Shown in pieces: positions 38,722 to 51,304 of a stretch of DNA of 64,000 bases. This stretch comes from Gordius albopunctatus (Eukaryota). The stretch covers positions 6,572,001 to 6,636,000 of the forward strand of contig OZ193910.1 in NCBI GenBank assembly GCA_964276515.1, in the 5' to 3' direction. The notes below the pieces were generated by a model. That model was not told the DNA's origin and did not search any database. It worked only from the letters and a program-made list of their open reading frames with translations. Numbering within the stretch: the first letter of the stretch is position 1; each line of letters begins with the position of its first letter. Made by a program: the position numbers and the translations under genes.

Positions 38722-38840
38722 GGTTACGACCATATCACGTTGAAAACACAGGTTCCCTTCCGAACACCGAAGTTAAGCAACGTTGAGCCCGGTTAGTATT
38801 TGGATGGGTGACCGCTTGGGAATCCCGGGTGTTGGAACCT
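38722..38840 (+). rRNA. 5S rRNA variant, possible pseudogene
   Basis: C29A, C78T, T114G. Confidence 0.75.
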
Positions 38841-39259
38841 TTTTAAATATTTTTTTGAATCCAGTTACGATCAGGGGCGATCCTTAGCACATAGGGGACG
38901 CCGTAGGAATACATTTGTGAATTAATTTTTGATTCTAGGCGCCATTTTATAGGAGATTTACGGATTTTAGAGTATTTTGCGTCGGGCAGAATGTTAGGTG
39001 TCCGCTCTCAACTGAATTAGCGTAATGGCGTCTGGAAGGGAGTAAGTAAACCGAGAACGCGATAATGAAACTGTTTCGAGCTGTATAATTACTACCAACA
39101 ATCAAAAAGTTAAATATTCCACGTATTGCGTCATCGATTACGACAAAATACACACACTTCGATGCTCTCGCGTCAATTTTAAGTGATAAAATATGGGTGG
39201 AAAATAAAAAAGTAAGAATCTTGCCTGATTTATAAGCACAATTTTCGCTTTAAATCTAG

Positions 39260-39328
39260 GGTTACGACCATATCACGTTGAAAACACCGGTTCCCTTCCG
39301 AACACCGAAGTTAAGCAACGTTGAGCCC
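39260..39328 (+). pseudogene. 3'-truncated 5S (nt 1-69)
   Basis: GAGCCC joined directly to ATTTTTTTG; 58-bp deletion; G at -1. Confidence 0.9.
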
Positions 39329-39734
39329 ATTTTTTTGAATCCAGTTACGATCAGTGGCGATCCTTAGCACATAGGGGACGCCTTAGGAATACATTTGTGA
39401 ATTAATTTTTCTAGGCGCCATTTTATAGGAGATTTAGGATTTTAGAGTATTTTGCGTCGGGCAGAATGTTAGGTGTCCGCCCTCAACGGAATTGGCGTAA
39501 TGGCGTCTGAAAGGGAGTAAGTAAACCGAGAACGCGAAAATGAAACTGGTTCGAGCTGTATAATTACTACCAACAATCTAAAAGTTAAATATTCCACGCA
39601 TTGCGTCATCGATTACGACAAAATACACACATTTCGATGCTCTCGCGTCAATTTTAAGTGATAAAATATGGGTGGGAAATTAAAAAGTAAGAATCTTGCC
39701 TGATTTATAAGCACAATTTTCGCTTTAAATCTAC

Positions 39735-39853
39735 GGTTACGACCATATCACGTTGAAAACACCGGTTCCCTTCCGAACACCCAAGTTAAGCAACGTTGAG
39801 CCCGGTTAGTACTTCGATGGGTGACCGCTTGGGAATCCCGGGTGTTGTAACCT
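39735..39853 (+). rRNA. 5S rRNA variant, possible pseudogene
   Basis: G48C, G81C. Confidence 0.75.
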
Positions 39854-40267
39854 TTTTAAAAATTTTTTGGAATCCAGTTACAATCAGTGGCGATCCTTAG
39901 CACATAGGGGACGCCGTAGGAATACATTTGTGAACTAATTTTTCTAGGCGCCATTTTATAGGAGATTTAGGATTTTAGAGTATTTTGCGTCGGGCAGAAT
40001 GTTAGGTGTCCGCCCTCAACGGAATTGGCGTAATGGCGTCTGAAAGGGAGTAAGTAAACCGAGAACGCGAAAATGAAACTGGTTCGAGCTGTATAATTAC
40101 TACCAACAATCTAAAAGTTAAATATTCCACGCATTGCGTCATCGATTACGACAAAATACACACATTTCGATGCTCTCGCGTCAATTTTAAGTGATAAAAT
40201 ATGGGTGGGAAATTAAAAAGTAAGAATCTTGCCTGATTTATAAGCACAATTTTCGCTTTAAATCTAC

Positions 40268-40386
40268 GGTTACGACCATATCACGTTGAAAACACCGGTT
40301 CCCTTCCGAACACCCAAGTTAAGCGACGTTGAGCCCGGTTAGTACTTCGATGGGTGACCGCTTGGGAATCCCGGGTGTTGGAACCT
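40268..40386 (+). rRNA. 5S rRNA variant, possible pseudogene
   Basis: G48C, A58G, G81C, T114G. Confidence 0.75.
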
Positions 40387-40804
40387 TTTTAAATATTTTT
40401 TTGAATCCAGTTACGATCAGGGGCGATCCTTAGCACATAGGGGACGCCGTAGGAATACATTTGTGAATTAATTTTTGATTCTAGGCGCCATTTTATAGGA
40501 GATTTAGGATTTTAGAGTATTTTGCGTCGGGCAGAATGTTAGGTGTCCGCCCTCAACGGAATTGGCGTAATGGCGTCTGAAAGGGAGTAAGTAAACCGAG
40601 AACGCGAAAATGAAACTGTTTCGAGCTGTATAATTACTACCAACAATCTAAAAGTTAAATATTCCACGTATTGCGTCATCGATTACGACAAAATACACAC
40701 ATTTCGATGCTCTCGCGTCAATTTTAAGTGATAAAATATGGGTGGGAAATTAAAAAGTAAGAATCTTGCCTGATTTATAAGCACAATTTTCGCTTTAAAT
40801 CTAC

Positions 40805-40923
40805 GGTTACGACCATATCACGTTGAAAACACCGGTTCCCTTCCGAACACCCAAGTTAAGCAACGTTGAGCCCGGTTAGTAGTTGGATGGGTGACCGCTT
40901 GGGAATCCCGGGTGTTGGAACCT
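40805..40923 (+). rRNA. 5S rRNA variant, possible pseudogene
   Basis: G48C, C78G, T114G. Confidence 0.75.
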
Positions 40924-41342
40924 TTTTAAATATTTTTTTGAATCCAGTTACGATCAGGGGCGATCCTTAGCACATAGGGCACGCCGTAGGAATACATTTG
41001 TGAATTAATTTTTGATTCTAGGCGCCATTTTATAGGAGATTTACGGATTTTAGAGTATTTTGCGTCGGGCAGAATGTTAGGTGTCCGCTCTCAACGGAAT
41101 TGGCGTAATGGCGTCTGGAAGGGAGTAAGTAAACCGAGAACGCGATAATGAAACTGTTTCGAGCTGTATAATTACTACCAACAATCAAAAAGTTAAATAT
41201 TCCACGTATTGCGTCATCGATTACGACAAAATACACACACTTCGATGCTCTCGCGTCAATTTTAAGTGATAAAATATGGGCGGGAAATAAAAAAGTAAGA
41301 ATCTTGCCTGATTTATAAGCACAATTTTCGCTTTAAATCTAG

Positions 41343-41411
41343 GGTTACGACCATATCACGTTGAAAACACCGGTTCCCTTCCGAACACCGAAGTTAAGCA
41401 ACGTTGAGCCA
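41343..41411 (+). pseudogene. 3'-truncated 5S (nt 1-69)
   Basis: 58-bp deletion; C69A; G at -1. Confidence 0.9.
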
Positions 41412-41822
41412 ATTTTTTTGAATCCAGTTACGATCAGTGGCGATCCTTAGCACATAGGGGACGCCTTAGGAATACATTTGTGAATTAATTTTTAATTCTA
41501 GGCACCATTTTATAGGAGATTTAGGGATTTTAGAGTATTTTGCGTCGGGCAGAATGTTAGGTGTCCGCCCTCAACGGAATTGGCGTAATGGCGTCTGAAA
41601 GGGAGTAAGTAAACCGAGAACGCGAAAATGAAACTGTTTCGAGCTGTATAATTACTACCAACAATCAAAAAGTTAAATATTCCACGTATTGCGTCATCGA
41701 TTACGACAAAATACACACATTTCGATGCTCTCGCGTCAATTTTAAGTGATAAAATATGGGTGGGAAATTAAAAAGTAAGAATCTTGCCTGATTTATAAGC
41801 ACAATTTTCGCTTTAAATCTAC

Positions 41823-41941
41823 GGTTACGACCATATCACGTTGAAAACACCGGTTCCCTTCAGAACACCCAAGTTAAGCAACGTTGAGCCCGGTTAGTAC
41901 TTCGATGGGTGACCGCTTTGGAATCCCGAGTGTTGTAACCT
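41823..41941 (+). rRNA. 5S rRNA variant, probable pseudogene
   Basis: C40A, G48C, G81C, G97T, G107A. Confidence 0.7.
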
Positions 41942-42360
41942 TTTTAAATATTTTTTTGAATCCAGTTACGATCAGGGGCGATCCTTAGCACATAGGGGAC
42001 GCCGTAGGAATACATTTGTGAATTAATTTTTGATTCTAGGCGCCATTTTATAGGAGATTTACGGATTTTAGAGTATTTTGCGTCGGGCAGAATGTTAGGT
42101 GTCCGCTCTCAACGGAATTGGCATAATGGCGTCTGGAAGGGAGTAAGTAAACCGAGAACGCGATAATGAAACTGTTTCGAGCTGTATAATTACTACCAAC
42201 AATCTAAAAGTTAAATATTCCACGTATTGCGTCATCGATTACGACAAAATACACACATTTCGATGCTCTCGCGTCAATTTTAAGTGATAAAATATGGGTG
42301 GGAAATAAAAAAGTAAGAATCTTGCCTGATTTATAAGCACAATTTTCGCTTTAAATCTAC

Positions 42361-42479
42361 GGTTACGACCATATCACGTTGAAAACACCGGTTCCCTTCC
42401 GAACACCGAAGTTAAGCAACGTTGAGCCCGGTTAGTACTTGGATGGGTGACCGCTTGGGAATCCCGGGTGTTGGAACCT
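42361..42479 (+). rRNA. 5S rRNA variant
   Basis: T114G. Confidence 0.85.
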
Positions 42480-42893
42480 TTTTAAAAATTTTTTGGAATC
42501 CAGTTACAATCAGTGGCGATCCTTAGCACATAGGGGACGCCGTAGGAATACATTTGTGAACTAACTTTTCTAGGCGCCATTTTATAGGAGATTTAGGATT
42601 TTAGAGTATTTTGCGTCGGGCAGAATGTTAGGTGTCCGCCCTCAACGGAATTGGCGTAATGGCGTCTGAAAGGGAGTAAGTAAACCGAGAACGCGAAAAT
42701 GAAACTGTTTCGAGCTGTATAATTACTACCAACAATCAAAAAGTTAAATATTCCACGTATTGCGTCATCGATTACGACAAAATACACACACTTCGATGCT
42801 CTCGCGTCAATTTTAAGTGATAAAATATGGGCGGGAAATAAAAAAGTAAGAATCTTGCCTGATTTATAAGCACAATTTTCGCTTTAAATCTAG

Positions 42894-42962
42894 GGTTACG
42901 ACCATATCACGTTGAAAACACCGGTTCCCTTCCGAACACCGAAGTTAAGCAACGTTGAGCCC
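42894..42962 (+). pseudogene. 3'-truncated 5S (nt 1-69)
   Basis: 58-bp deletion; G at -1. Confidence 0.9.
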
Positions 42963-43372
42963 ATTTTTTTGAATCCAGTTACGATCAGTGGCGATCCTTA
43001 GCACATAGGGGACGCCTTAGGAATACATTTGTGAATTAATTTTTAATTCTAGGCACCATTTTATAGGAGATTTAGGGATTTTAGAGTATTTTGCGTCGGG
43101 GAGAATGCTAGGTGTCCGTCCTTAACGGAATTGGCGTATAGCGTCTGAAAGGGACTAAGTAAATCGAGAACGCGATAATGAAACTGTTTCGAGCTGTATA
43201 ATTACTACCAACAATCAAAAAGTTAAATATTCCACGTATTGCGTCATCGATTACGACAAAATACACACATTTCGATGCTCTCGCGTCAATTTTAAGTGAT
43301 AAAATATGGGTGGGAAATTAAAAAGTAAGAATCTTGCCTGATTTATAAGCACAATTTTCGCTTTAAATCTAC

Positions 43373-43491
43373 GGTTACGACCATATCACGTTGAAAACAC
43401 CGGTTCCCTTCCGAACACCGAAGTTAAGCAACGTTGAGCCCGGTTAGTAGTTGGATGGGTGACCGCTTGGGAATCCCGGGTGTTGGAACCT
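43373..43491 (+). rRNA. 5S rRNA variant, possible pseudogene
   Basis: C78G, T114G. Confidence 0.75.
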
Positions 43492-43905
43492 TTTTAAATA
43501 TTTTTTTGAATCCAGTTACGATCAGGGGCGATCCTTAGCACATAGGGCACGCCGTCGGAATACATTTGTGAACTAATTTTTCTAGGCGCCATTTTATAGG
43601 AGATTTAGGATTTTAGAGTATTTTGCGTCGGGCAGAATGTTAGGTGTCCGCCCTCAACGGAATTGGCGTAATGGCGTCTGAAAGGGAGTAAGTAAACCGA
43701 GAACGCGAAAATGAAACTGGTTCGAGCTGTATAATTACTACCAACAATCTAAAAGTTAAATATTCCACGCATTGCGTCATCGATTACGACAAAATACACA
43801 CATTTCGATGCTCTCGCGTCAATTTTAAGTGATAAAATATGGGTGGGAAATTAAAAAGTAAGAATCTTGCCTGATTTATAAGCACAATTTTCGCTTTAAA
43901 TCTAC

Positions 43906-44024
43906 GGTTACGACCATATCACGTTGAAAACACAGGTTCCCTTCCGAACACCGAAGTTAAGCAACGTTGAGCCCGGTTAGTATTTGGATGGGTGACCGCT
44001 TGGGAATCCCGGGTGTTGGAACCT
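43906..44024 (+). rRNA. 5S rRNA variant, possible pseudogene
   Basis: C29A, C78T, T114G. Confidence 0.75.
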
Positions 44025-44443
44025 TTTTAAATATTTTTTTGAATCCAGTTACGATCAGGGGCGATCCTTAGCACATAGGGGACGCCGTAGGAATACATTT
44101 GTGAATTAATTTTTGATTCTAGGCGCCATTTTATAGGAGATTTACGGATTTTAGAGTATTTTGCGTCGGGCAGAATGTTAGGTGTCCGCTCTCAACTGAA
44201 TTAGCGTAATGGCGTCTGGAAGGGAGTAAGTAAACCGAGAACGCGATAATGAAACTGTTTCGAGCTGTATAATTACTACCAACAATCAAAAAGTTAAATA
44301 TTCCACGTATTGCGTCATCGATTACGACAAAATACACACACTTCGATGCTCTCGCGTCAATTTTAAGTGATAAAATATGGGTGGAAAATAAAAAAGTAAG
44401 AATCTTGCCTGATTTATAAGCACAATTTTCGCTTTAAATCTAG

Positions 44444-44512
44444 GGTTACGACCATATCACGTTGAAAACACCGGTTCCCTTCCGAACACCGAAGTTAAGC
44501 AACGTTGAGCCC
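44444..44512 (+). pseudogene. 3'-truncated 5S (nt 1-69)
   Basis: 58-bp deletion; G at -1. Confidence 0.9.
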
Positions 44513-44918
44513 ATTTTTTTGAATCCAGTTACGATCAGTGGCGATCCTTAGCACATAGGGGACGCCTTAGGAATACATTTGTGAATTAATTTTTCTAGGC
44601 GCCATTTTATAGGAGATTTAGGATTTTAGAGTATTTTGCGTCGGGCAGAATGTTAGGTGTCCGCCCTCAACGGAATTGGCGTAATGGCGTCTGAAAGGGA
44701 GTAAGTAAACCGAGAACGCGAAAATGAAACTGGTTCGAGCTGTATAATTACTACCAACAATCTAAAAGTTAAATATTCCACGCATTGCGTCATCGATTAC
44801 GACAAAATACACACATTTCGATGCTCTCGCGTCAATTTTAAGTGATAAAATATGGGTGGGAAATTAAAAAGTAAGAATCTTGCCTGATTTATAAGCACAA
44901 TTTTCGCTTTAAATCTAC

Positions 44919-45037
44919 GGTTACGACCATATCACGTTGAAAACACCGGTTCCCTTCCGAACACCCAAGTTAAGCAACGTTGAGCCCGGTTAGTACTTCG
45001 ATGGGTGACCGCTTGGGAATCCCGGGTGTTGTAACCT
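44919..45037 (+). rRNA. 5S rRNA variant, possible pseudogene
   Basis: G48C, G81C. Confidence 0.75.
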
Positions 45038-45451
45038 TTTTAAAAATTTTTTGGAATCCAGTTACAATCAGTGGCGATCCTTAGCACATAGGGGACGCCG
45101 TAGGAATACATTTGTGAACTAATTTTTCTAGGCGCCATTTTATAGGAGATTTAGGATTTTAGAGTATTTTGCGTCGGGCAGAATGTTAGGTGTCCGCCCT
45201 CAACGGAATTGGCGTAATGGCGTCTGAAAGGGAGTAAGTAAACCGAGAACGCGAAAATGAAACTGGTTCGAGCTGTATAATTACTACCAACAATCTAAAA
45301 GTTAAATATTCCACGCATTGCGTCATCGATTACGACAAAATACACACATTTCGATGCTCTCGCGTCAATTTTAAGTGATAAAATATGGGTGGGAAATTAA
45401 AAAGTAAGAATCTTGCCTGATTTATAAGCACAATTTTCGCTTTAAATCTAC

Positions 45452-45570
45452 GGTTACGACCATATCACGTTGAAAACACCGGTTCCCTTCCGAACACCCA
45501 AGTTAAGCGACGTTGAGCCCGGTTAGTACTTCGATGGGTGACCGCTTGGGAATCCCGGGTGTTGGAACCT
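45452..45570 (+). rRNA. 5S rRNA variant, possible pseudogene
   Basis: G48C, A58G, G81C, T114G. Confidence 0.75.
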
Positions 45571-45988
45571 TTTTAAATATTTTTTTGAATCCAGTTACGA
45601 TCAGGGGCGATCCTTAGCACATAGGGGACGCCGTAGGAATACATTTGTGAATTAATTTTTGATTCTAGGCGCCATTTTATAGGAGATTTAGGATTTTAGA
45701 GTATTTTGCGTCGGGCAGAATGTTAGGTGTCCGCCCTCAACGGAATTGGCGTAATGGCGTCTGAAAGGGAGTAAGTAAACCGAGAACGCGAAAATGAAAC
45801 TGTTTCGAGCTGTATAATTACTACCAACAATCTAAAAGTTAAATATTCCACGTATTGCGTCATCGATTACGACAAAATACACACATTTCGATGCTCTCGC
45901 GTCAATTTTAAGTGATAAAATATGGGTGGGAAATTAAAAAGTAAGAATCTTGCCTGATTTATAAGCACAATTTTCGCTTTAAATCTAC

Positions 45989-46107
45989 GGTTACGACCAT
46001 ATCACGTTGAAAACACCGGTTCCCTTCCGAACACCCAAGTTAAGCAACGTTGAGCCCGGTTAGTAGTTGGATGGGTGACCGCTTGGGAATCCCGGGTGTT
46101 GGAACCT
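45989..46107 (+). rRNA. 5S rRNA variant, possible pseudogene
   Basis: G48C, C78G, T114G. Confidence 0.75.
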
Positions 46108-46526
46108 TTTTAAATATTTTTTTGAATCCAGTTACGATCAGGGGCGATCCTTAGCACATAGGGCACGCCGTAGGAATACATTTGTGAATTAATTTTTGAT
46201 TCTAGGCGCCATTTTATAGGAGATTTACGGATTTTAGAGTATTTTGCGTCGGGCAGAATGTTAGGTGTCCGCTCTCAACGGAATTGGCGTAATGGCGTCT
46301 GGAAGGGAGTAAGTAAACCGAGAACGCGATAATGAAACTGTTTCGAGCTGTATAATTACTACCAACAATCAAAAAGTTAAATATTCCACGTATTGCGTCA
46401 TCGATTACGACAAAATACACACACTTCGATGCTCTCGCGTCAATTTTAAGTGATAAAATATGGGCGGGAAATAAAAAAGTAAGAATCTTGCCTGATTTAT
46501 AAGCACAATTTTCGCTTTAAATCTAG

Positions 46527-46595
46527 GGTTACGACCATATCACGTTGAAAACACCGGTTCCCTTCCGAACACCGAAGTTAAGCAACGTTGAGCCA
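46527..46595 (+). pseudogene. 3'-truncated 5S (nt 1-69)
   Basis: 58-bp deletion; C69A; G at -1. Confidence 0.9.
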
Positions 46596-47006
46596 ATTTT
46601 TTTGAATCCAGTTACGATCAGTGGCGATCCTTAGCACATAGGGAACGCCTTAGGAATACATTTGTGAATTAATTTTTAATTCTAGGCACCATTTTATAGG
46701 AGATTTAGGGATTTTAGAGTATTTTGCGTCGGGCAGAATGTTAGGTGTCCGCCCTCAACGGAATTGGCGTAATGGCGTCTGAAAGGGAGTAAGTAAACCG
46801 AGAACGCGAAAATGAAACTGTTTCGAGCTGTATAATTACTACCAACAATCAAAAAGTTAAATATTCCACGTATTGCGTCATCGATTACGACAAAATACAC
46901 ACATTTCGCTGCTCTCGCGTCAATTTTAAGTGATAAAATATGGGTGGGAAATTAAAAAGTAAGAATCTTGCCTGATTTATAAGCACAATTTTCGCTTTAA
47001 ATCTAC

Positions 47007-47125
47007 GGTTACGACCATATCACGTTGAAAACACCGGTTCCCTTCAGAACACCCAAGTTAAGCAACGTTGAGCCCGGTTAGTACTTCGATGGGTGACCGC
47101 TTTGGAATCCCGAGTGTTGTAACCT
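47007..47125 (+). rRNA. 5S rRNA variant, probable pseudogene
   Basis: C40A, G48C, G81C, G97T, G107A. Confidence 0.7.
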
Positions 47126-47544
47126 TTTTAAATATTTTTTTGAATCCAGTTACGATCAGGGGCGATCCTTAGCACATAGGGGACGCCGTAGGAATACATT
47201 TGTGAATTAATTTTTGATTCTAGGCGCCATTTTATAGGAGATTTACGGATTTTAGAGTATTTTGCGTCGGGCAGAATGTTAGGTGTCCGCTCTCAACGGA
47301 ATTGGCATAATGGCGTCTGGAAGGGAGTAAGTAAACCGAGAACGCGATAATGAAACTGTTTCGAGCTGTATAATTACTACCAACAATCTAAAAGTTAAAT
47401 ATTCCACGTATTGCGTCATCGATTACGACAAAATACACACATTTCGATGCTCTCGCGTCAATTTTAAGTGATAAAATATGGGTGGGAAATAAAAAAGTAA
47501 GAATCTTGCCTGATTTATAAGCACAATTTTCGCTTTAAATCTAC

Positions 47545-47663
47545 GGTTACGACCATATCACGTTGAAAACACCGGTTCCCTTCCGAACACCGAAGTTAAG
47601 CAACGTTGAGCCCGGTTAGTACTTGGATGGGTGACCGCTTGGGAATCCCGGGTGTTGGAACCT
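47545..47663 (+). rRNA. 5S rRNA variant
   Basis: T114G. Confidence 0.85.
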
Positions 47664-48077
47664 TTTTAAAAATTTTTTGGAATCCAGTTACAATCAGTGG
47701 CGATCCTTAGCACATAGGGGACGCCGTAGGAATACATTTGTGAACTAACTTTTCTAGGCGCCATTTTATAGGAGATTTAGGATTTTAGAGTATTTTGCGT
47801 CGGGCAGAATGTTAGGTGTCCGCCCTCAACGGAATTGGCGTAATGGCGTCTGAAAGGGAGTAAGTAAACCGAGAACGCGAAAATGAAACTGTTTCGAGCT
47901 GTATAATTACTACCAACAATCAAAAAGTTAAATATTCCACGTATTGCGTCATCGATTACGACAAAATACACACACTTCGATGCTCTCGCGTCAATTTTAA
48001 GTGATAAAATATGGGCGGGAAATAAAAAAGTAAGAATCTTGCCTGATTTATAAGCACAATTTTCGCTTTAAATCTAG

Positions 48078-48146
48078 GGTTACGACCATATCACGTTGAA
48101 AACACCGGTTCCCTTCCGAACACCGAAGTTAAGCAACGTTGAGCCC
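48078..48146 (+). pseudogene. 3'-truncated 5S (nt 1-69)
   Basis: 58-bp deletion; G at -1. Confidence 0.9.
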
Positions 48147-48556
48147 ATTTTTTTGAATCCAGTTACGATCAGTGGCGATCCTTAGCACATAGGGGACGCC
48201 TTAGGAATACATTTGTGAATTAATTTTTAATTCTAGGCACCATTTTATAGGAGATTTAGGGATTTTAGAGTATTTTGCGTCGGGGAGAATGCTAGGTGTC
48301 CGTCCTTAACGGAATTGGCGTATAGCGTCTGAAAGGGACTAAGTAAATCGAGAACGCGATAATGAAACTGTTTCGAGCTGTATAATTACTACCAACAATC
48401 AAAAAGTTAAATATTCCACGTATTGCGTCATCGATTACGACAAAATACACACATTTCGATGCTCTCGCGTCAATTTTAAGTGATAAAATATGGGTGGGAA
48501 ATTAAAAAGTAAGAATCTTGCCTGATTTATAAGCACAATTTTCGCTTTAAATCTAC

Positions 48557-48675
48557 GGTTACGACCATATCACGTTGAAAACACCGGTTCCCTTCCGAAC
48601 ACCGAAGTTAAGCAACGTTGAGCCCGGTTAGTAGTTGGATGGGTGACCGCTTGGGAATCCCGGGTGTTGGAACCT
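48557..48675 (+). rRNA. 5S rRNA variant, possible pseudogene
   Basis: C78G, T114G. Confidence 0.75.
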
Positions 48676-49093
48676 TTTTAAATATTTTTTTGAATCCAGT
48701 TACGATCAGGGGCGATCCTTAGCACATAGGGCACGCCGTCGGAATACATTTGTGAATTAATTTTTGATTCTAGGCGCCATTTTATAGGAGATTTAGGGAT
48801 TTTAGAGTATTTTGCGTCGGGCAGAATGCTAGGTGTCCGCCCTCAACAGAATTGGCGTAATGGCGTCTGAAAGGGAGTAAGTAAACCGAAAACGCGATAA
48901 TGAAACTGTTTGGAGCTGTATAATTACTACCAACAATCTAAAAGTTAAATATTCCACGTATTGCGTCATCGATTACGACAAAATACACACATTTCGATGC
49001 TCTCGCGTAAATTTTAAGTGATAAAATATGGGTGGAAATTAAAAAGTAAGAATCTTGCCTGATTTATAAGCACAATTTTCGCTTTAAATCTAC

Positions 49094-49212
49094 GGTTACG
49101 ACCATATCACGTTGAAAACACCGGTTCCCTTCCGAACACCGAAGTTAAGCAACGTTGAGCCCGGTTAGTAGTTGGATGGGTGACCGCTTGGGAATCCCGG
49201 GTGTTGTAACCT
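49094..49212 (+). rRNA. 5S rRNA variant
   Basis: C78G. Confidence 0.85.
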
Positions 49213-49630
49213 TTTTAAATATTTTTTTGAATCCAGTTACGATCAAGGGCGATCCTTAGCACATAGGGGACGCCGTAGGAATACATTTGTGAATTAATTT
49301 TTAATTCTAGGCGCCATTTTAAGGGAGATTTAGGGATTTTAGAGTATTTTGCGTCGGGCAGAATGCTAGGTATCCGTCCTCAACGGAATTGGCGTATAGC
49401 GTGTGAAAGGGAGTGAGTAAACCGAGAACGCGATTATGAAACTGTTTCGAGCTGTATAATTACTACCAACAATCAAAAAGTTAAATATTCCACGTATTGC
49501 GTCATCGATTACGACAAAATACACACATTTCGATGCTCTCGCGTAAATTTTAAGGGATAAAATATGGGTGGGAAATAAAAAAGTAAGAATCTTGCCTGAT
49601 TTATAAGCACAATTTTCGCTTTAAATCTAC

Positions 49631-49749
49631 GGTTACGACCATATCACGTTGAAAACACCGGTTCCCTTCCGAACACCGAAGTTAAGCAACGTTGAGCCCG
49701 GTTAGTACTTGGATGGGTGACCGCTTGGGAATCCCGGGTGTTGTAACCT
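49631..49749 (+). rRNA. 5S rRNA
   Basis: Majority sequence. Confidence 0.95.
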
Positions 49750-50168
49750 TTTTAAATATTTTTTTGAATCCAGTTACGATCAAGGGCGATCCTTAGCACA
49801 TAGGGGACGCCGTAGGAATACATTTGTGAATTAATTTTTAATTCTAGGCGCCATTTTAAGGGAGATTTAGGGATTTTAGAGTATTTTGCGTCGGGCAGAA
49901 TGCTAGGTGTCCGCCCTCAACGGAATTGGCGTAGTGGCGTCTGAAAGGGAGTAAGTAAACAGAGAACGCGATAATGAAACTGTTTCGAGCTGTATAATTA
50001 CTACCAACAATCAAAAAGTTAAATATTCCACGTATTGCGTCATCGATTACGACAAAATACACACATTTCGATGCTCTCGCGTCAATTTTAAGTGATAAAA
50101 TATGGGTGGGAAATTAAAAAGTAAGAATCTTGCCTGATTTATAAGCACAATTTTCGCTTTAAATCTAC

Positions 50169-50287
50169 GGTTACGACCATATCACGTTGAAAACACCGGT
50201 TCCCTTCCGAACACCCAAGTTAAGCAACGTTGAGCCCGGTTAGTAGTTGGATGGGTGACCGCTTGGGAATCCCGGGTGTTGGAACCT
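50169..50287 (+). rRNA. 5S rRNA variant, possible pseudogene
   Basis: G48C, C78G, T114G. Confidence 0.75.
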
Positions 50288-50706
50288 TTTTAAATATTTT
50301 TTTGAATCCAGTTACGATCAGGGGCGATCCTTAGCACATAGGGCACGCCGTAGGAATACATTTGTGAATTAATTTTTGATTCTAGGCGCCATTTTATAGG
50401 AGATTTACGGATTTTAGAGTATTTTGCGTCGGGCAGAATGTTAGGTGTCCGCCCTCAACGGAATTGGCGTAATGGCGTCTGAAAGGGAGTAAGTAAACCG
50501 AGAACGCGAAAATGAAACTGTTTCGAGCTGTATAATTACTACCAACAATCAAAAAGTTAAATATTCCACGTATTGCGTCATCGATTACGACAAAATACAC
50601 ACACTTCGATGCTCTCGCGTCAATTTTAAGTGATAAAATATGGGCGGGAAATAAAAAAGTAAGAATCTTGCCTGATTTATAAGCACAATTTTCGCTTTAA
50701 ATCTAG

Positions 50707-50775
50707 GGTTACGACCATATCACGTTGAAAACACCGGTTCCCTTCCGAACACCGAAGTTAAGCAACGTTGAGCCA
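50707..50775 (+). pseudogene. 3'-truncated 5S (nt 1-69)
   Basis: 58-bp deletion; C69A; G at -1. Confidence 0.9.
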
Positions 50776-51185
50776 ATTTTTTTGAATCCAGTTACGATCA
50801 GTGGCGATCCTTAGCACATAGGGGACGCCTTAGGAATACATTTGTGAATTAATTTTTAATTCTAGGCACCATTTTATAGGAGATTTAGGGATTTTAGAGT
50901 ATTTTGCGTCGGGCAGAATGCTAGGTGTCCGTCCTCAACGGAATTGGCGTATAGCGTCTGAAAGGGACTAAGTAAATCGAGAACGCGATAATGAAACTGT
51001 TTCGAGCTGTGTAATTACTACCAACAATCAAAAAGTTAAATATTCCACGTATTGCGTCATCGATTACGACAAAATACACACATTTCGATGCTCTCGCGTC
51101 AATTTTAAGTGATAAAATATGGGTGGGAAATTAAAAAGTAAGAATCTTGCCTGATTTATAAGCACAATTTTCGCTTTAAATCTAC

Positions 51186-51304
51186 GGTTACGACCATATC
51201 ACGTTGAAAACACCGGTTCCCTTCCGAACACCCAAGTTAAGCAACGTTGAGCCCGGTTAGTACTTCGATGGGTGACCGCTTTGGAATCCCGGGTGTTGTA
51301 ACCT
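51186..51304 (+). rRNA. 5S rRNA variant, possible pseudogene
   Basis: G48C, G81C, G97T. Confidence 0.75.

Larger units (their letters stand above)
38373..48756 (+). repeat. Higher-order tandem duplication, 2 x 5184 bp (10 units each)
   Basis: Genes at 38722-43373 recur with the same variants at +5184 (43906-48557); ORF-track markers 38947/44131, 41030/46214, 41510/46694 and 42593/47777 share the offset. Confidence 0.92.
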
